A stretch of DNA of 64,000 bases, taken from NCBI RefSeq assembly GCF_030684315.1, contig NC_081396.1, positions 5,766,001-5,830,000 on the forward strand. The letters are read 5' to 3'. This DNA is from Stegostoma tigrinum (lineage: Eukaryota). Below, in pieces: positions 63,516-64,000 of the stretch. Numbering within the stretch: position 1 is the first letter of the stretch; each line of letters begins with the position of its first letter. Made by a program: the position numbers and the translations under genes. The notes below the pieces were generated by a model. That model saw nothing but the letters and a program-made list of their open reading frames with translations. It ran no database searches and was not told where the DNA came from.

Positions 63516-64000
63516 GTGACGTGGAGCAGGAAAATCACAGCAGGTCAGAAAGCATCCTAGGAGCAGGAAAGTCAATGTTTCGGGCCTAAACCCTTCGCTT
63601 GGCCCAACACGTCTGCACCAACCAAGTTCCCCAAACTAAACTTGTCCCATTTTCGTGAGTTTGGTCCAAATCTCTCTAAACCCTTCCGATCCAAATGTCT
63701 TTTAGATGTTATAATTGCACCTGCCTCCCCCACTTACTCTGCTCTCTCAGATTCTCCAGCATCTGCAGTTCCCCCTATCTCCACCACTTTCTCCGGCAGC
63801 TCCTTCCGTGTACCCTCTGAGTGAAAACGTTACCCTCAGGTGCCTTTAAAATATCCCCCCCCCCTCACCTTCAACCTCTGCCCTCTAGGTTTGGACTCCC
63901 CTGCCCTGGGGCAAGGACCTTGTCTGTGCCCCTCGCGCTGGGTTTCAGTTTTTGTTTGGCATGTTGCATGCTTTCCACAGCAATTAGAATTGAAGGGCCG

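Overview
Eukaryotic, repeat-rich DNA from a cartilaginous fish (shark-type CR1, Penelope-like and V-SINE repeats). It is part of a T-cell receptor alpha/delta V region. The centrepiece is a complete germline NAR-TCR cassette on the + strand: leader, IgNAR-like V with 22-RSS, D, 23-RSS with NAR-type J and splice donor, then a leaderless supporting TCR-delta V. The supporting V has Ala in place of the first canonical Cys. It is followed not by one RSS but by a ~61-bp tandem array of 23-RSS (3 intact, 1 partial, 2 decayed), and the V reading frame stays open up to the second, perfect-consensus RSS. Conventional TRAV/TRDV-like segments lie on the - strand in two copies of a segmental duplication (~1-11.2 kb and ~36.5-46.3 kb). 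The duplicated unit also carries a V family with an intronless leader and a C2H2 zinc-finger gene. A GPR139-like class A GPCR plus a pseudogene and a second ZNF gene are interspersed. Mobile DNA includes CR1/L2 and Tx1 LINE fragments, Penelope-like elements with hammerhead-like cores and miniature palindromic derivatives with 15-16 bp TSDs, a Gypsy LTR/PBS/gag remnant and a probable DIRS/Ngaro remnant. All calls were made by eye, without database searches.
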